Shown: positions 9,796 to 20,132 of the stretch, one piece after another | Layout of the letters: the number at the start of each line of letters is the position of its first letter | How positions within the stretch are numbered: position 1 is the stretch's first letter | NCBI GenBank assembly: GCA_005787035.1 | Contig: SYCI01000145.1 | Location: 1 to 57,863 of the forward strand | Direction of reading: 5' to 3' | Origin: Actinomycetota bacterium | GTDB taxonomy: Bacteria; Actinomycetota; Acidimicrobiia; Acidimicrobiales; Ilumatobacteraceae | Length of the DNA stretch: 57,863 bases | Notes under the pieces: generated by a model | The model's input: the letters and a program-made list of their open reading frames with translations, nothing else | Databases searched by the model: none | Told to the model about the DNA's origin: nothing | Position numbers and translations under genes: made by a program

Positions 9796-10326
9796 TCAGT
9801 AGTCAGCGGCGGGACGGGCCGCCGGCTTCAAGAGGTACACACCTTTGGCGACCTTCTCGATTTTGCCGTGCAGTCCGTAGCAGAGCCCACTGGAGAAGTC
9901 GACCATGCGACGCGCGACATCGGCATCGCAACCTTCGGTGTTGAGGATGACCGGGTGACCGTCGCGGAAGCGATTGGCGACTTCTTGAATGTCGTTGAAG
10001 CGGATGGCCTTGACTGTGTACGGCTCACCTTGGGCGGCGGGGCCTCCGATCGTGCGAACCGTCGAACCGGTTCGACCGGAGATGGGTCGAGGTTGCACGG
10101 ACGAGTCATCGACTCCATAACGCCGGGCCGGTGGAACGGGATCGGTGTCGCGGGGTGTGACCTGACGGGCCACGGGACGGGAGAAGTCATCGGCGTCGGT
10201 ACGACGGGGATCGCCACCGCGCGCGAGTCCACCCGAACGATCGACCACCTCGCCGTCGTCGTAATCGTCGTACGCGTCGTCTTCACCGAGACCGAGGTAC
10301 TCCATGGCACGCTTGAAAATCGACAT
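9796..10326 (-). CDS. sepF: cell division protein SepF
   Basis: N-terminal amphipathic MSIFKRAMEYLGL, an acidic linker and a conserved C-terminal SepF domain (VILNTEG...RMVDFSSG...G). Sits in the ftsZ-pgeF-yggS-sepF-yggT order. Confidence 0.85.
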   Translation of the reverse strand: MSIFKRAMEYLGLGEDDAYDDYDDGEVVDRSGGLARGGDPRRTDADDFSRPVARQVTPRDTDPVPPARRYGVDDSSVQPRPISGRTGSTVRTIGGPAAQGEPYTVKAIRFNDIQEVANRFRDGHPVILNTEGCDADVARRMVDFSSGLCYGLHGKIEKVAKGVYLLKPAARPAADY

Positions 10327-10351
10327 GGTGACGGGAGCGTAGTACGGGCAG

Positions 10352-11011
10352 TCAGGTGACGGGTGGACGGTCCCCGAAGATCGCCGAACCCACCCTGACC
10401 ATCGTCGAACCGACTTCGAGGGCGATGTCGAGGTCGGCGCTCATCCCCATCGAGAGTTCGGACAACCCGAGGGTCGAGGCCACGTGGGCAACGGTCTCGA
10501 AGGCACGTCGGGTGCGGGACGGATCGCCGTCTGTCGGCCCCACGGTCATGAGTCCGATCGGCTCCAAACCAGCGGCCACCGATCGAGTGACGAGCCCCTC
10601 CACTTCCGAAGGACGACAGCCGCCCTTGTCGTCCTCGTCGGTCGCGTTCACCTGGACCAAGATTCGGGCTCCCGGAGCACGGCGGGCGATCTCGTCCACG
10701 AGAGTGCTTCGGTCGACGGTCTGCCAACAATCGACGAGCGATGCAACCGAGCGGACCTTGTTCGACTGCAAGCGTCCGATGAAGTGGACCGTCGGTCGTT
10801 CGAGATCGGCCGGATAGGCGGCCATCTTGGCGATCAACTCTTGGGCGTAGTTCTCTCCCACATCGGTGCATCCGGAGCGAATTGCCGCCACCATGGCCTC
10901 GACTCCGAATCCCTTGGTCACCGCGATGAGGCGCACGTCGCGACGCCCGTGGCTCTCGATGCGATCGCGGATGCTCTGAATGCGCTCGGCGACGAGAGCT
11001 TCGTTGATCAT
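10352..11011 (-). CDS. yggS: YggS/YlmE-family pyridoxal-phosphate homeostasis protein
   Basis: 219 aa with the Lys-containing motif LIAVTKGF and an alanine-racemase-N-like fold. Conserved dcw-distal position. Confidence 0.85.
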   Translation of the reverse strand: MINEALVAERIQSIRDRIESHGRRDVRLIAVTKGFGVEAMVAAIRSGCTDVGENYAQELIAKMAAYPADLERPTVHFIGRLQSNKVRSVASLVDCWQTVDRSTLVDEIARRAPGARILVQVNATDEDDKGGCRPSEVEGLVTRSVAAGLEPIGLMTVGPTDGDPSRTRRAFETVAHVASTLGLSELSMGMSADLDIALEVGSTMVRVGSAIFGDRPPVT

Positions 11012-11021
11012 GGCGCCGAAC

Positions 11022-11687
11022 CTACTCGTCGATGACGATCGCCATCACCTGACGACCCTGATCACCGCGTCGATGGGAGAAGAAGAACTCGGGATGGCAC
11101 TTCGTGCACGACGCGACCTCCACCACCCGACCGACTCCGTGGCGACCGAGGATCGCCCGCGCGACGGCGCCGATGTCGAGTGCCGGACGACCCGCGGCAT
11201 CGACCCCACGAACCGGGGGGCCGAATCGGTCCGTCATCGACTCCAGATCGGCGGGTCCGAATTCGTTGCAACAGGTGCCGATGTGCGGTCCGATCACTCC
11301 GCTCAGAGGCCGATCATCCCTTTCGGCGAAGACCCGCAGTAGCGATTCCAGAACTCCGTCCCGTAAGCCACGCCAGCCGGCGTGCGCGATACCGATCCCG
11401 CGTTCGCCGATCAGAGCGATCGGCGCGCAATCCCCGACCCATACCCCGATCACCGCATCTCTCACCGAGGTGTAGAGCGCGTCGCCGGCGCACCCATCGT
11501 GCTGACCGGGATGATCGACGACCAACGTCTCGGTGCCGTGATCTTCGGTCAACATCGTCCAGTCGGCGTCCAGAATGCGACGACGCCCGAGGGAGTCGGT
11601 CACCTCGGGACGAAAATCGCCATCGATTCGATGACCGATGGCAATCGTCGAATCGATTCCGACGGGAGCGGCGACGTAAGCCGCCAC
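11022..11687 (-). CDS. pgeF: PgeF/YfiH laccase-domain (purine nucleoside phosphorylase-like) protein
   Basis: Motifs HAGWRG and C..C....FFSHRRG. GTG start 3 nt after the ftsZ stop. Confidence 0.8.
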   Translation of the reverse strand: MAAYVAAPVGIDSTIAIGHRIDGDFRPEVTDSLGRRRILDADWTMLTEDHGTETLVVDHPGQHDGCAGDALYTSVRDAVIGVWVGDCAPIALIGERGIGIAHAGWRGLRDGVLESLLRVFAERDDRPLSGVIGPHIGTCCNEFGPADLESMTDRFGPPVRGVDAAGRPALDIGAVARAILGRHGVGRVVEVASCTKCHPEFFFSHRRGDQGRQVMAIVIDE

Positions 11688-11690
11688 CGG

Positions 11691-12803
11691 CTACTTGAGG
11701 AACGAAGGAACGTCGAAGTCGTCGTCACCATCGTCGCCGAGCGACAAAGGATCACCCGCGAAGATGTCCTTGGCCGGCGCGCTGCGAGTCGACTGATCCT
11801 TCGGGGCCGAGCGACCGGCCGGACGAGCCGAAGGCTTCACCTGCGGCGCGCCGTCCCAACGATCGAATCCGGCGGCGATAACGGTGACCTTCACCTCGTC
11901 GCCCATGTCGTCGTTGATCACGGTGCCAAAGATGATGTTGGCGTCCTGATGCGCGATGCCATGGATGATCTCGGCGGCCTCGTTCATCTCCATGAGGGTC
12001 ATGGTGGACGGTCCGGTCACGTTCAGCAGGACGGCGCGGGCGCCTTCGATCGAGGCTTCGAGCAGATTGCTCGACAGAGCCTTGAGCGCGGCGTCGCGAG
12101 CCCGACTGTCGCCACTGGCGGTGCCGATGCCCATGAGCGCCGAGCCCGCGTTCTGCAGGGTCGCCTTGACGTCGGCGAAGTCGGTGTTGATGAGACCGGG
12201 GTTGGTGATCAGATCACTGATACCCGACACGCCGCTGTAGAGAACCTCGTCGGCCTTGCTGAAGGCTTCCATCACCGTGTCGCGGGCATCGACCACCGAG
12301 AGCAGGCGATCGTTGGGAACCACGATGAGGGTGTCGACTTTCTCCTTCAACTTGGCGATTCCCGAGTCGGCCTGGACGGCGCGACGGCGGCCCTCGAAGG
12401 AGAACGGTCGCGTCACGACACCGATGGTGAGCGCGTTGAGACTCTTGGCGACCTCGGCGACGATCGGCGCCGCACCGGTACCGGTACCGCCACCTTCGCC
12501 AGCGGCGATGAACACCCTGTCTGCACCCTTCAGCGCGTCCTCGATGTCTTCGCGGTGAGCTTCGGCCGCCTGCCGGCCGACTTCCGGATCGCTTCCGGCG
12601 CCGAGACCACGGGTGAGGTCACGACCGATATCGAGCTTCATCTCGGCATCGGAGGTCATGAGGGCCTGGATATCGGTGTTGATCGCGATGAACTCGACTC
12701 CACGGAGGTTGCGCTCGATCATGCGATTGACCGCGTTCACTCCACCACCGCCGACGCCGACCACCTTGATCTGACAGATGTAGTTGTTGTGGCTACCAGC
12801 CAT
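11691..12803 (-). CDS. ftsZ: cell division GTPase FtsZ
   Basis: Tubulin signature [10 protein letters not shown] and the C-terminal peptide [10 protein letters not shown]. Confidence 0.98.
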   Translation of the reverse strand: MAGSHNNYICQIKVVGVGGGGVNAVNRMIERNLRGVEFIAINTDIQALMTSDAEMKLDIGRDLTRGLGAGSDPEVGRQAAEAHREDIEDALKGADRVFIAAGEGGGTGTGAAPIVAEVAKSLNALTIGVVTRPFSFEGRRRAVQADSGIAKLKEKVDTLIVVPNDRLLSVVDARDTVMEAFSKADEVLYSGVSGISDLITNPGLINTDFADVKATLQNAGSALMGIGTASGDSRARDAALKALSSNLLEASIEGARAVLLNVTGPSTMTLMEMNEAAEIIHGIAHQDANIIFGTVINDDMGDEVKVTVIAAGFDRWDGAPQVKPSARPAGRSAPKDQSTRSAPAKDIFAGDPLSLGDDGDDDFDVPSFLK

Positions 12804-12823
12804 CGGGTTCCTCCGAATCTGGA

Positions 12824-12839
12824 TTCCGGCACGCCGGAA
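12824..12839. promoter_or_regulatory. 16-bp palindrome just upstream of the ftsZ ribosome-binding site
   Basis: TTCCGGC-AC-GCCGGAA with perfect 7-nt arms. It lies ~10 nt upstream of the GGAGGAA SD of ftsZ, in the only sizeable (114-nt) spacer of the dcw cluster. Confidence 0.3.
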
Positions 12840-12917
12840 CTGGGCGGGCGAACGAGGGTTCAGCCGCCCCGATTTCCCGACATTCTCTCAGGTCAGGGCT
12901 TTGGGTGGGGGGATACC

Positions 12918-14138
12918 TCAGCGGACACTCGCCTCACCACTCGAGACGTCGATCACCGAATATCGGGCCGAGCCCTCCCGCTTGATGGCGTTGACCAGCG
13001 CCACGAGCTTCTCCTGGAACCCCTCGGGCCGACCGAACAGGACGTCGACCTCGTCGGTCAGCGCCAAGGAGACTTCCCCGTCGGGGGTCACGGCGGCCGT
13101 CACGAGGCGGACCCGCAGATCCCGAGGTAAGGCATTGATGAGTTGCGCGGCCCCGAGGAACGGCTGGCCCACGAGATCGCCCGCCGAGAGATTGGGACCG
13201 GTCCCTCCGATGAAGGGGTAATCGACGAGATCCCCCTCGATCACGTCGAGGACTCGCCCGTCGAGGTCGATGACTCGGTTGAAACCGTCGACGGCTCGGT
13301 AGAACGCGATCGGTCGACGCTCGACGATCTCGATGTGAACCCGCGACGGAAGATGCATCGACACCCGGGCCTTCTCGACCCAAGAGATCGCCTCGAGCGA
13401 CTCGGTTGCGCCTTGCAGGTCGGCCGTCAGGATCGGGTCGCCTTTGAGCGAGGCCACCACGGCACCGACTTTCTCGGGATCGGCGTAGACCACACCTTCG
13501 ACCGTCACTTTGCGCACCGACAGGATCGGGCTCGTGAGGAGGAGCAACACCACGAGTATCGCCACGACCGCTGACGCAGCGACGATCAGCCACCACAGTC
13601 GCCGTCTCCCCTCTTGGCGCCGCACGTTCAGGCGACGCTGACGAAAACGCGCTTCACCCGACACCTTCGCCGGCACCTCGGTGTCGTCCTTGATGACGAC
13701 GCGTCGACGCTCACCGCGCGGCAAAACGGCCGATGGTTCGTCACGCCGACTCGACGCCCGAACACTCGTCGCCGACTCTTTGGTCGCGACGCTCGTCTTG
13801 GTGGCTTTGGTCGCACGGGCCCGGTCGGATTCGGTACGCCGGACTTCAGCTTCGGCTCGACGTTCGTCCCGTTGCTCGATCTCCGCCTGACGAACAGCGG
13901 CGGCCTCCTCGGGATCACGGGTGACCCGACGACGAAGGCGCGACCAGCGACCCGTCGGATCGCCGTCGACCTCGGGCGTGACCGATGCTCGGCTTCCCAC
14001 CGATTCGTCGACGATGCGCACGCGTCCCGAGCCGTCGAACGCGGCGGCGAGCTCGGCTTCGATGTCGGCGTCCACGAGGCCCTCGGTCGGTTCGTCGACG
14101 GGAATCTCGAAGTTGCCCTGATCGTCGCGCTCGGTCAC
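12918..14138 (-). CDS. ftsQ: cell division protein FtsQ (long charged cytoplasmic N-terminus, TM, POTRA/FtsQ domain)
   Basis: Single TM (LWWLIVAASAVVAILVVLLLL) followed by a POTRA-like VRKVTVEG segment. Lies between murB and ftsZ. GTGA overlap with the murB stop. Confidence 0.75.
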   Translation of the reverse strand: MTERDDQGNFEIPVDEPTEGLVDADIEAELAAAFDGSGRVRIVDESVGSRASVTPEVDGDPTGRWSRLRRRVTRDPEEAAAVRQAEIEQRDERRAEAEVRRTESDRARATKATKTSVATKESATSVRASSRRDEPSAVLPRGERRRVVIKDDTEVPAKVSGEARFRQRRLNVRRQEGRRRLWWLIVAASAVVAILVVLLLLTSPILSVRKVTVEGVVYADPEKVGAVVASLKGDPILTADLQGATESLEAISWVEKARVSMHLPSRVHIEIVERRPIAFYRAVDGFNRVIDLDGRVLDVIEGDLVDYPFIGGTGPNLSAGDLVGQPFLGAAQLINALPRDLRVRLVTAAVTPDGEVSLALTDEVDVLFGRPEGFQEKLVALVNAIKREGSARYSVIDVSSGEASVR

Positions 14139-15073
14139 GACTCGTCCTCCGTGAATCCGACGAGCCGCACCTCGCTGCGCAGATCGAATCCGGTCGCCGA
14201 TCGCACGGCATCGTGCACGTGAGCCATCACCGCTCGCACATCGGCGGCCCGACCGTTCTCGTCGGCCTGGATGAAGTTCGCGTGTTTCGTCGACACCTCG
14301 GCGGTCCCGATGCGAAATCCGCGCAGTCCCAAACGATCGATCAACTCACCGGCCGAGACCTCACCGGGAACAGGGTTCACGAACACCGAACCAGCGTTCT
14401 GCCCACCCGGTTGATTGTCGCGTCGCCAACGCACGATCTCGTCGATGGTCGCCAGGGACTCGGAGGCCGATCCACGCGTCAGCCCGAGTCGCGCGCTCAC
14501 CACGACGTCGGTGTCACGAAGATTCGAACCGCGGAATCGCAAACCGAGTTCCGAGACGGTGCGGGTCCGGGTCCGCCCGGTCGTGAGATCGAAGACCTCC
14601 GTGTCGATCAGACTCGCGGCGATGTCGGATCCGTGGCCCCCGGCATTCATGCGGACGGCTCCACCGATCGATCCCGGAACCCCGACCGCCCATTCGAAGC
14701 CGGTGAGGCCGGCGTGGGCCGTCCGGCGAGCCACGATCGGCAGCAAGGCTCCGGCACCGACGATCACGCGGTCGTCGCCGGAATCGTCCTCGGGGATCGT
14801 GATCGATTCTCCCGTCGCGCCCCAACGGATCACGACACCATCGAAACCCGTGTCGGCCACGAGGAGATTGCTCCCGCGACCGAGTACGAGCACGGCAACC
14901 GGTCGACCATCGATGCACGAGTGAACCTTGGCGAGGTCGTCGGAACCGTCGACCGTGACGACTGCCGACGCCCGACCGCCGACGCGGTAGGTCGTGTAAT
15001 GACTCAGGCGGACGTCACGTTCGACACGCGCACCGAGAGCCGCCTCGAGCCGGGCGAGGACGTCAGCTTCCAT
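14135..15073 (-). CDS. murB: UDP-N-acetylenolpyruvoylglucosamine reductase
   Basis: FAD-binding N-terminus SHYTTYRVGGRA. Start trimmed to ATG 15073 (MEADVLARLE). The track ORF extension to 15286 overlaps murC. Confidence 0.9.
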   Translation of the reverse strand: MEADVLARLEAALGARVERDVRLSHYTTYRVGGRASAVVTVDGSDDLAKVHSCIDGRPVAVLVLGRGSNLLVADTGFDGVVIRWGATGESITIPEDDSGDDRVIVGAGALLPIVARRTAHAGLTGFEWAVGVPGSIGGAVRMNAGGHGSDIAASLIDTEVFDLTTGRTRTRTVSELGLRFRGSNLRDTDVVVSARLGLTRGSASESLATIDEIVRWRRDNQPGGQNAGSVFVNPVPGEVSAGELIDRLGLRGFRIGTAEVSTKHANFIQADENGRAADVRAVMAHVHDAVRSATGFDLRSEVRLVGFTEDES

Positions 15074-16433
15074 GGCGTCGGGCGAGGACTTCTCGGGGCA
15101 AGGTCTCGATGTCGCCACAACCCATCGAGATGCACACGTCGCCGGGTTCCACCAACGCGTCGACGGCGGCCGCCAAGTCGGCGCGACGGGGCACCCATCG
15201 CACCTCCGCGTCGGGATGCCGACGACGAACGGCATCGACCACCAACTCCCCCGTGACACCTTCGATCGGACGGGTGCCCGACGCATAGATGTCGGTGATG
15301 ATCACGAGATCGGCATCGACGAAGGCGTCGGCGTACTCCTCGCTCATGACCGCCATTCGGTTGAAGCGATTCGGTTGGAAAACGGCGACCACGCGAGTCC
15401 ATTCGCCGCGCGCCGCGGCGAGAACCGCCGCGATCTCCCGTGGCAGATGGGCGTAGTCGTCGACGAACGTCGCTCCAGCGGCCGAGCCGATCACGTCGAA
15501 TCGACGGCCGACACCGGCGAAGTTCGCGACCGACTCGATGGCCCGATCGACATCGACTCCCGTTGCCACGGCAAGAGTGAGCGCTCCGGTCGCATTGGAC
15601 ACGTTGTGAACCCCACGCAACGGAATCGACACCGAGCGCGAGCCGAATGCTTCACCGTGCACTCGGAAAGTGGTCCGTCCGGCTTCGACGACCAACTCGC
15701 TCCAGACGACGTCGGCATCCGCGGACCCATAGGTGATACTCGTGGGAAGGGTGATGCGGCGAAGAACCGGATCATCGGCACAAAGGACCGTCGGCCCCCG
15801 AACACCCCCCACGAAATCCGAGAACGACGAGGCGATGTTGTCGAAGGTCTCGAAATGATCGAGATGATCGACGTCCACATTGGTCACGATCGCGGCGTCG
15901 AGCGGAAGGAGCAGATGTGTGCCGTCGCTCTCGTCGGCCTCGACCACCAGCCGATCCGAACCCGTCCACGCCGCACCCGACCCGACGTCGCGCACGTCGC
16001 CGCCGATGATGAAACTCACATCAGTTCCGGTCGACGAATACATCGCGCGCAACAGAGACGACGTCGTGGTCTTGCCGTGGGTGCCGGCCACCCCGACCGC
16101 CGACGCGCGGGCACAGATGGAGGCGAGCATCTCGGCGCGGGTCAGAACGGGTATTCCCGCCGACCGGGCAGCCACCACTTCGATGTTGTCCGGCGGGATC
16201 GCCGACGAATGAGTGACGGCCTCCCGGTCCGACACCAGCCGGGCATCGTGACCGATCACGACCCGCACGCCGGCTTCGCGAACACTGCGCAACACCTCCG
16301 TCTCGCGGATGTCCGAACCGGTCACGTCGTGGCCCATCTGAGCCAGGACGATGGCGATCGCGCTCATTCCGGGACCACCGACTCCCACCACGTGCAGACG
16401 TCGGCGACGTCCGATGTCGAGTTGGAAGGTCAC
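15063..16433 (-). CDS. murC: UDP-N-acetylmuramate--L-alanine ligase
   Basis: Motifs VGVGGPGMSAIA and GTHGKTTT. GTGA overlap with the murG stop. Confidence 0.93.
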   Translation of the reverse strand: MTFQLDIGRRRRLHVVGVGGPGMSAIAIVLAQMGHDVTGSDIRETEVLRSVREAGVRVVIGHDARLVSDREAVTHSSAIPPDNIEVVAARSAGIPVLTRAEMLASICARASAVGVAGTHGKTTTSSLLRAMYSSTGTDVSFIIGGDVRDVGSGAAWTGSDRLVVEADESDGTHLLLPLDAAIVTNVDVDHLDHFETFDNIASSFSDFVGGVRGPTVLCADDPVLRRITLPTSITYGSADADVVWSELVVEAGRTTFRVHGEAFGSRSVSIPLRGVHNVSNATGALTLAVATGVDVDRAIESVANFAGVGRRFDVIGSAAGATFVDDYAHLPREIAAVLAAARGEWTRVVAVFQPNRFNRMAVMSEEYADAFVDADLVIITDIYASGTRPIEGVTGELVVDAVRRRHPDAEVRWVPRRADLAAAVDALVEPGDVCISMGCGDIETLPREVLARRHGS

Positions 16434-17569
16434 TTGCTCTCGGCTCCACTCGCGACATCGAGCACCAGACGAGCCACGGCACCATGGCGATTGAGATCCC
16501 CGAGCGCGAAGGCCCGCTCACCGAGCAGTTGTCGACGGACCGGATCGCGTCGGAGTTCGTCGATCGCCCGCACGATGGAATCCGGGCCGGCTTGGTCGGT
16601 GACCAGAAACGCCGCACCGTCATCGACCAACCAGGCGACGTTGGCGGACTGGTGATCGTCGGCGGCTCCCGACCACGGCACGAGGATCGCCGGCACACCG
16701 GTGGCCGCTACCTCGGCGACCGTTCCCGCACCACCACGCGCGACGAGCAGATCGGCCCCGGCGTACACCGATGCCATGTCGGCCTCGTAGCCCACGAGGT
16801 CGTAACCGATACGTCGATCAGGATCGTTCAGGAGCGGACTCATCGACGCTCGCACCGCTTCGACGAACCGCTCGCCCGCGACATGCCGAACATGGATCCC
16901 GGGGTCATCTCCGAATTCTCCCATGAGCGCATGCACCGCATCGTTCAAGGCGCCCGAACCGAGAGAACCTCCGACGACGGCCACGAAGAACGCCCCATGC
17001 GACACTCCCAATCGATCGCGAGCCTCGTCGCGCGCGTTCCTTCGATCGACGAGCCTTATGGTCCGGCGCACCGGAGCGCCCGTGTGAACCGCCCGCGGCA
17101 ACGAAGAATCGGGAAACGCAGTTGCGCATCTGGTCGCCCAGCGAGCCGAGATCTCACTCGACCGCCCGGGCCGGCGGTCGTAACTCACGACGACGATGGG
17201 CACGCCGAGCGAACGTGCGGCCAACACCGCCGGCAGGGACGCGTACCCACCGACACTGACCACGACGTCGGCGCCGAATTCCCGCAGGAGACGTCGCGCC
17301 CGACGCCGAGCGGCGAGCAGTCGTGGCACGAAGCTCAGATTGCGACGAATGTTCGTCGGCGACAACGACCGCTGGAGCCCGGTCACGTCCAACGTCTCGA
17401 GGCGCAGTCCGGCCTCCGGGACGAGGCGCGTCTCGACACCTCGCGCGGCTCCCATGTACAAGACGTCGCTCGTCGGGACGCCGAGGTCGGCGAGGGATTC
17501 GGCGATGGCGAGAGCCGGGAGCACGTGGCCGGACGTCCCACCGCCCGCCAGCACCACCCGCGTGGTCAT
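16430..17569 (-). CDS. murG: undecaprenyldiphospho-muramoylpentapeptide beta-N-acetylglucosaminyltransferase
   Basis: N-terminus MTTRVVLAGGGTSGHVLPAL. Start trimmed to ATG 17569 (ATGA overlap with the ftsW stop). The 702-aa track ORF is an out-of-frame read across ftsW. Confidence 0.92.
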   Translation of the reverse strand: MTTRVVLAGGGTSGHVLPALAIAESLADLGVPTSDVLYMGAARGVETRLVPEAGLRLETLDVTGLQRSLSPTNIRRNLSFVPRLLAARRRARRLLREFGADVVVSVGGYASLPAVLAARSLGVPIVVVSYDRRPGRSSEISARWATRCATAFPDSSLPRAVHTGAPVRRTIRLVDRRNARDEARDRLGVSHGAFFVAVVGGSLGSGALNDAVHALMGEFGDDPGIHVRHVAGERFVEAVRASMSPLLNDPDRRIGYDLVGYEADMASVYAGADLLVARGGAGTVAEVAATGVPAILVPWSGAADDHQSANVAWLVDDGAAFLVTDQAGPDSIVRAIDELRRDPVRRQLLGERAFALGDLNRHGAVARLVLDVASGAESK

Positions 17570-18795
17570 CGTGGGCGGCGGGCGACGTTCATCAGCAGAC
17601 CGGCCGCCGCCATCGAGACGACGAGCGAACTTCCACCGAATGAGATGAACGGCAGGGTCAGGCCCGTCACGGGCATGATGCCTAGCACACCACCGATGTT
17701 GATCGCGGTCTGCACCAGGAGCCAACAACCGATACCGGCCGCGAGGAGATATCCGAAACGCTCGCGACAACTGATCGCCACTTGGAACGCGAAATAGATG
17801 AGGAACGCGAACAACGTCAGGACGCCGACCACACCGAGCAGACCCATCTCCTCGGCGAGAATCGAGAAGATGAAGTCGCTGTGGGCCAAGGGCACGTAAC
17901 CCCATTTGCCGGTGCCGGCGCCGATCCCGGTACCCGTGAGCCCGCCGTTGGAGATGCTGATCCACGCTTGGTACACCTGGTAACCGTCGGCCTCGCGGGT
18001 TCCCCGGATGTCGAGGAACGACGTGAAACGGGCCATCTTGTCGGCATCGGTCAACAGGTAGAGGAAACCGAGAATTCCGCCGACCACGGAGAGTCCGAGC
18101 AGTGGCTTCACCGGAGCGCCGGCGAGGAAGAGCACCGACAACCCGATGGCACCGATCACGACGCACGTCCCGATGTCGCTCTGGACGACGGCGATGAACA
18201 CCGCTGCGCCCACCCACTTCAGATACGGGAGCAATCCCGCCTTCCAGTCGGCCAGATTCTTCTCGCGTCGGGTGAGGAGGTCGGCGCCGTACACGATGAG
18301 GAACAACTTCATGAACTCGGCGGGCTGCACGTTGAACGGACCGACGACCAGCCACGCGTGAGCACCGTTGACCGAACGGCCGATACCCGGAACGAAGGGC
18401 AACAGCATCATGGCGAGGCCGACACCCGGCAGGATTCGCGCGATGGTCGACAGATACGAGAGACGGAGTCGGTAGGCGACGAACATGACCACCGAACCGA
18501 TGGACGCCCACATGAGCTGCTTGCCGAAGTAACGCCAAGGTGACCGTCCGTTGTGGAACGAGACGATCGAGGATGCCGACAGGACCATGACGATGCCGAG
18601 TAGAACGAGGGTCACGGTGACGGCGGCGATCACATACAGACCGAGCGGCTTGGGCGCACGACTCACGTCCTCGCGGAGACGAGTCCGGCGAGACGAACCA
18701 CTGCGACGACGACGCTGAGCCTGAACGAGCGCCTGACGACGACGATCGGCGATGGAGTTCCCTCCCCGACGGGATCGGGACACGGCAGCGGTCAT
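17566..18795 (-). CDS. ftsW: SEDS-family peptidoglycan glycosyltransferase FtsW
   Basis: 409 aa, about 10 TM, FtsW/RodA/SpoVE-type sequence. Basic Arg-rich N-terminus. ATGA overlap with the murD stop. Confidence 0.9.
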   Translation of the reverse strand: MTAAVSRSRRGGNSIADRRRQALVQAQRRRRSGSSRRTRLREDVSRAPKPLGLYVIAAVTVTLVLLGIVMVLSASSIVSFHNGRSPWRYFGKQLMWASIGSVVMFVAYRLRLSYLSTIARILPGVGLAMMLLPFVPGIGRSVNGAHAWLVVGPFNVQPAEFMKLFLIVYGADLLTRREKNLADWKAGLLPYLKWVGAAVFIAVVQSDIGTCVVIGAIGLSVLFLAGAPVKPLLGLSVVGGILGFLYLLTDADKMARFTSFLDIRGTREADGYQVYQAWISISNGGLTGTGIGAGTGKWGYVPLAHSDFIFSILAEEMGLLGVVGVLTLFAFLIYFAFQVAISCRERFGYLLAAGIGCWLLVQTAINIGGVLGIMPVTGLTLPFISFGGSSLVVSMAAAGLLMNVARRPR

Positions 18796-20132
18796 GAACT
18801 TGCTCCGATCAACTCGCGGACGCAGCGTGCGAAATCGTCACCCCGGCGGGCGTACCCGTCGTACCAGTCGAAACTCGTGCAGCCAGGAGACAGGAGAACA
18901 GTGTCGCCGGTTTGGGCCAAGAAGCGGGCGATGGTCACGGCTTGTGCCATCGACGTCGCCCGGTGAACGGGCCGCACGCCGTTGAACGCCGCCTCGACTT
19001 CGTCGCTCGAATCGCCGATGGCCACGACGGCGCGCAGACGAACAGCCTCGGTGGCGATCTCGGCGAGGTCGAGTCCCTTGTTTCGGCCGCCGGCGATCAG
19101 CACGACGTCCTCGAAGCCGCGGAGCGCGGTCTTCACGGCATGAGGGGTGGTCGCCTTCGAGTCGTCGAACCAGCGGATGCCATCGGCTTCGGCCACGAAC
19201 TCGATGCGGTGGTGCGGCGCGGCGAACGATCCGAGTGCGTTCACGACTCCCTGTGTCTCACCGAGTCCGCTCTCGAGTACGAGTGCCGAAGCGCAGAGCG
19301 CGTTCGTCACGTCGTGCGGAAGGGCGCGCGACATACTCGCGACCGGAGAGATGGGACCGCGGGGCCCGTGCAGCGCACCGTCGACCACCGAATAGTCGGC
19401 CCGATCGCGCCCGAAGGTCACCCGGCGACACGCGGCCCGCCCGAGATGGCGCATCACGACTGGGTCGCCGACCCATCCGATCGCAGTGTCGGTGGCCCGG
19501 ACCGCCGACCAGATGCGCGCCTTGGCCGACTCGTAGGTGGCCAACGATGTGTGCCAGTCGAGGTGATCGGGTGCGAGATTCAACCAGGCCGAGGCTTCGG
19601 CACGAAACGTGGTGCAGAACGCCAAGCGGAAGCTCGTGGCCTCCACCACGAAACTGTCGACGTCGAGGTCGAGGGCGGCGACCATCGGAACTTCGGTGTT
19701 GCCACAGGCCACGGTGCGCCGACCAGAGGCCTGCAACATCGCTGCGGCGAGAAGCGTGGTCGTCGTCTTTCCGTCGGTACCGGTCACGGCGATGATCGGT
19801 CGCGGTCCACCGGGCCGTTCGGCTTCCCATTCGTACGCGAGATCGAGTTCGGTCACGACGCGACGGTCGAGCGAACGCGCGAGTTCGATCACGGCGTGTG
19901 ATTCCGGCACACCGGGGGCGGGGGCGATCGTTCCCGAACTCCGGACGAGTTCGGCGAGTCGGCTGGACGAGGGCGCGAACTCGATGTCGATTCCGAGCGA
20001 GGATCCGAAGCGTTCGAGTTCCGAACTCTGACGATCGTCGACGGCCACCACGTCGATCCCTCGATCGATGAGGGCCTTCACCGTCGCCTGACCGGCGACC
20101 GCCAAGCCGTACACGAGCACTCGCTCGCTCAT
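18792..20132 (-). CDS. murD: UDP-N-acetylmuramoylalanine--D-glutamate ligase
   Basis: Rossmann-like N-terminus VLVYGLAVAGQA and GTDGKTTT. Start trimmed to ATG 20132 (ATGA overlap with the mraY stop). Confidence 0.92.
   Translation of the reverse strand: MSERVLVYGLAVAGQATVKALIDRGIDVVAVDDRQSSELERFGSSLGIDIEFAPSSSRLAELVRSSGTIAPAPGVPESHAVIELARSLDRRVVTELDLAYEWEAERPGGPRPIIAVTGTDGKTTTTLLAAAMLQASGRRTVACGNTEVPMVAALDLDVDSFVVEATSFRLAFCTTFRAEASAWLNLAPDHLDWHTSLATYESAKARIWSAVRATDTAIGWVGDPVVMRHLGRAACRRVTFGRDRADYSVVDGALHGPRGPISPVASMSRALPHDVTNALCASALVLESGLGETQGVVNALGSFAAPHHRIEFVAEADGIRWFDDSKATTPHAVKTALRGFEDVVLIAGGRNKGLDLAEIATEAVRLRAVVAIGDSSDEVEAAFNGVRPVHRATSMAQAVTIARFLAQTGDTVLLSPGCTSFDWYDGYARRGDDFARCVRELIGASS

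Noticed and set aside
16430-18538. 702-aa form of the murG ORF, and analogous long N-terminal extensions of murB, murD, murE, rsmH, ftsL-like, GMC, proB, glpK and rplU in the ORF track.
   Set aside because: The extensions run through the preceding gene in another frame and translate to Arg-rich nonsense. In each case an internal ATG or GTG gives the conserved N-terminus and forms an ATGA, GTGA or TGATG junction with the upstream stop.
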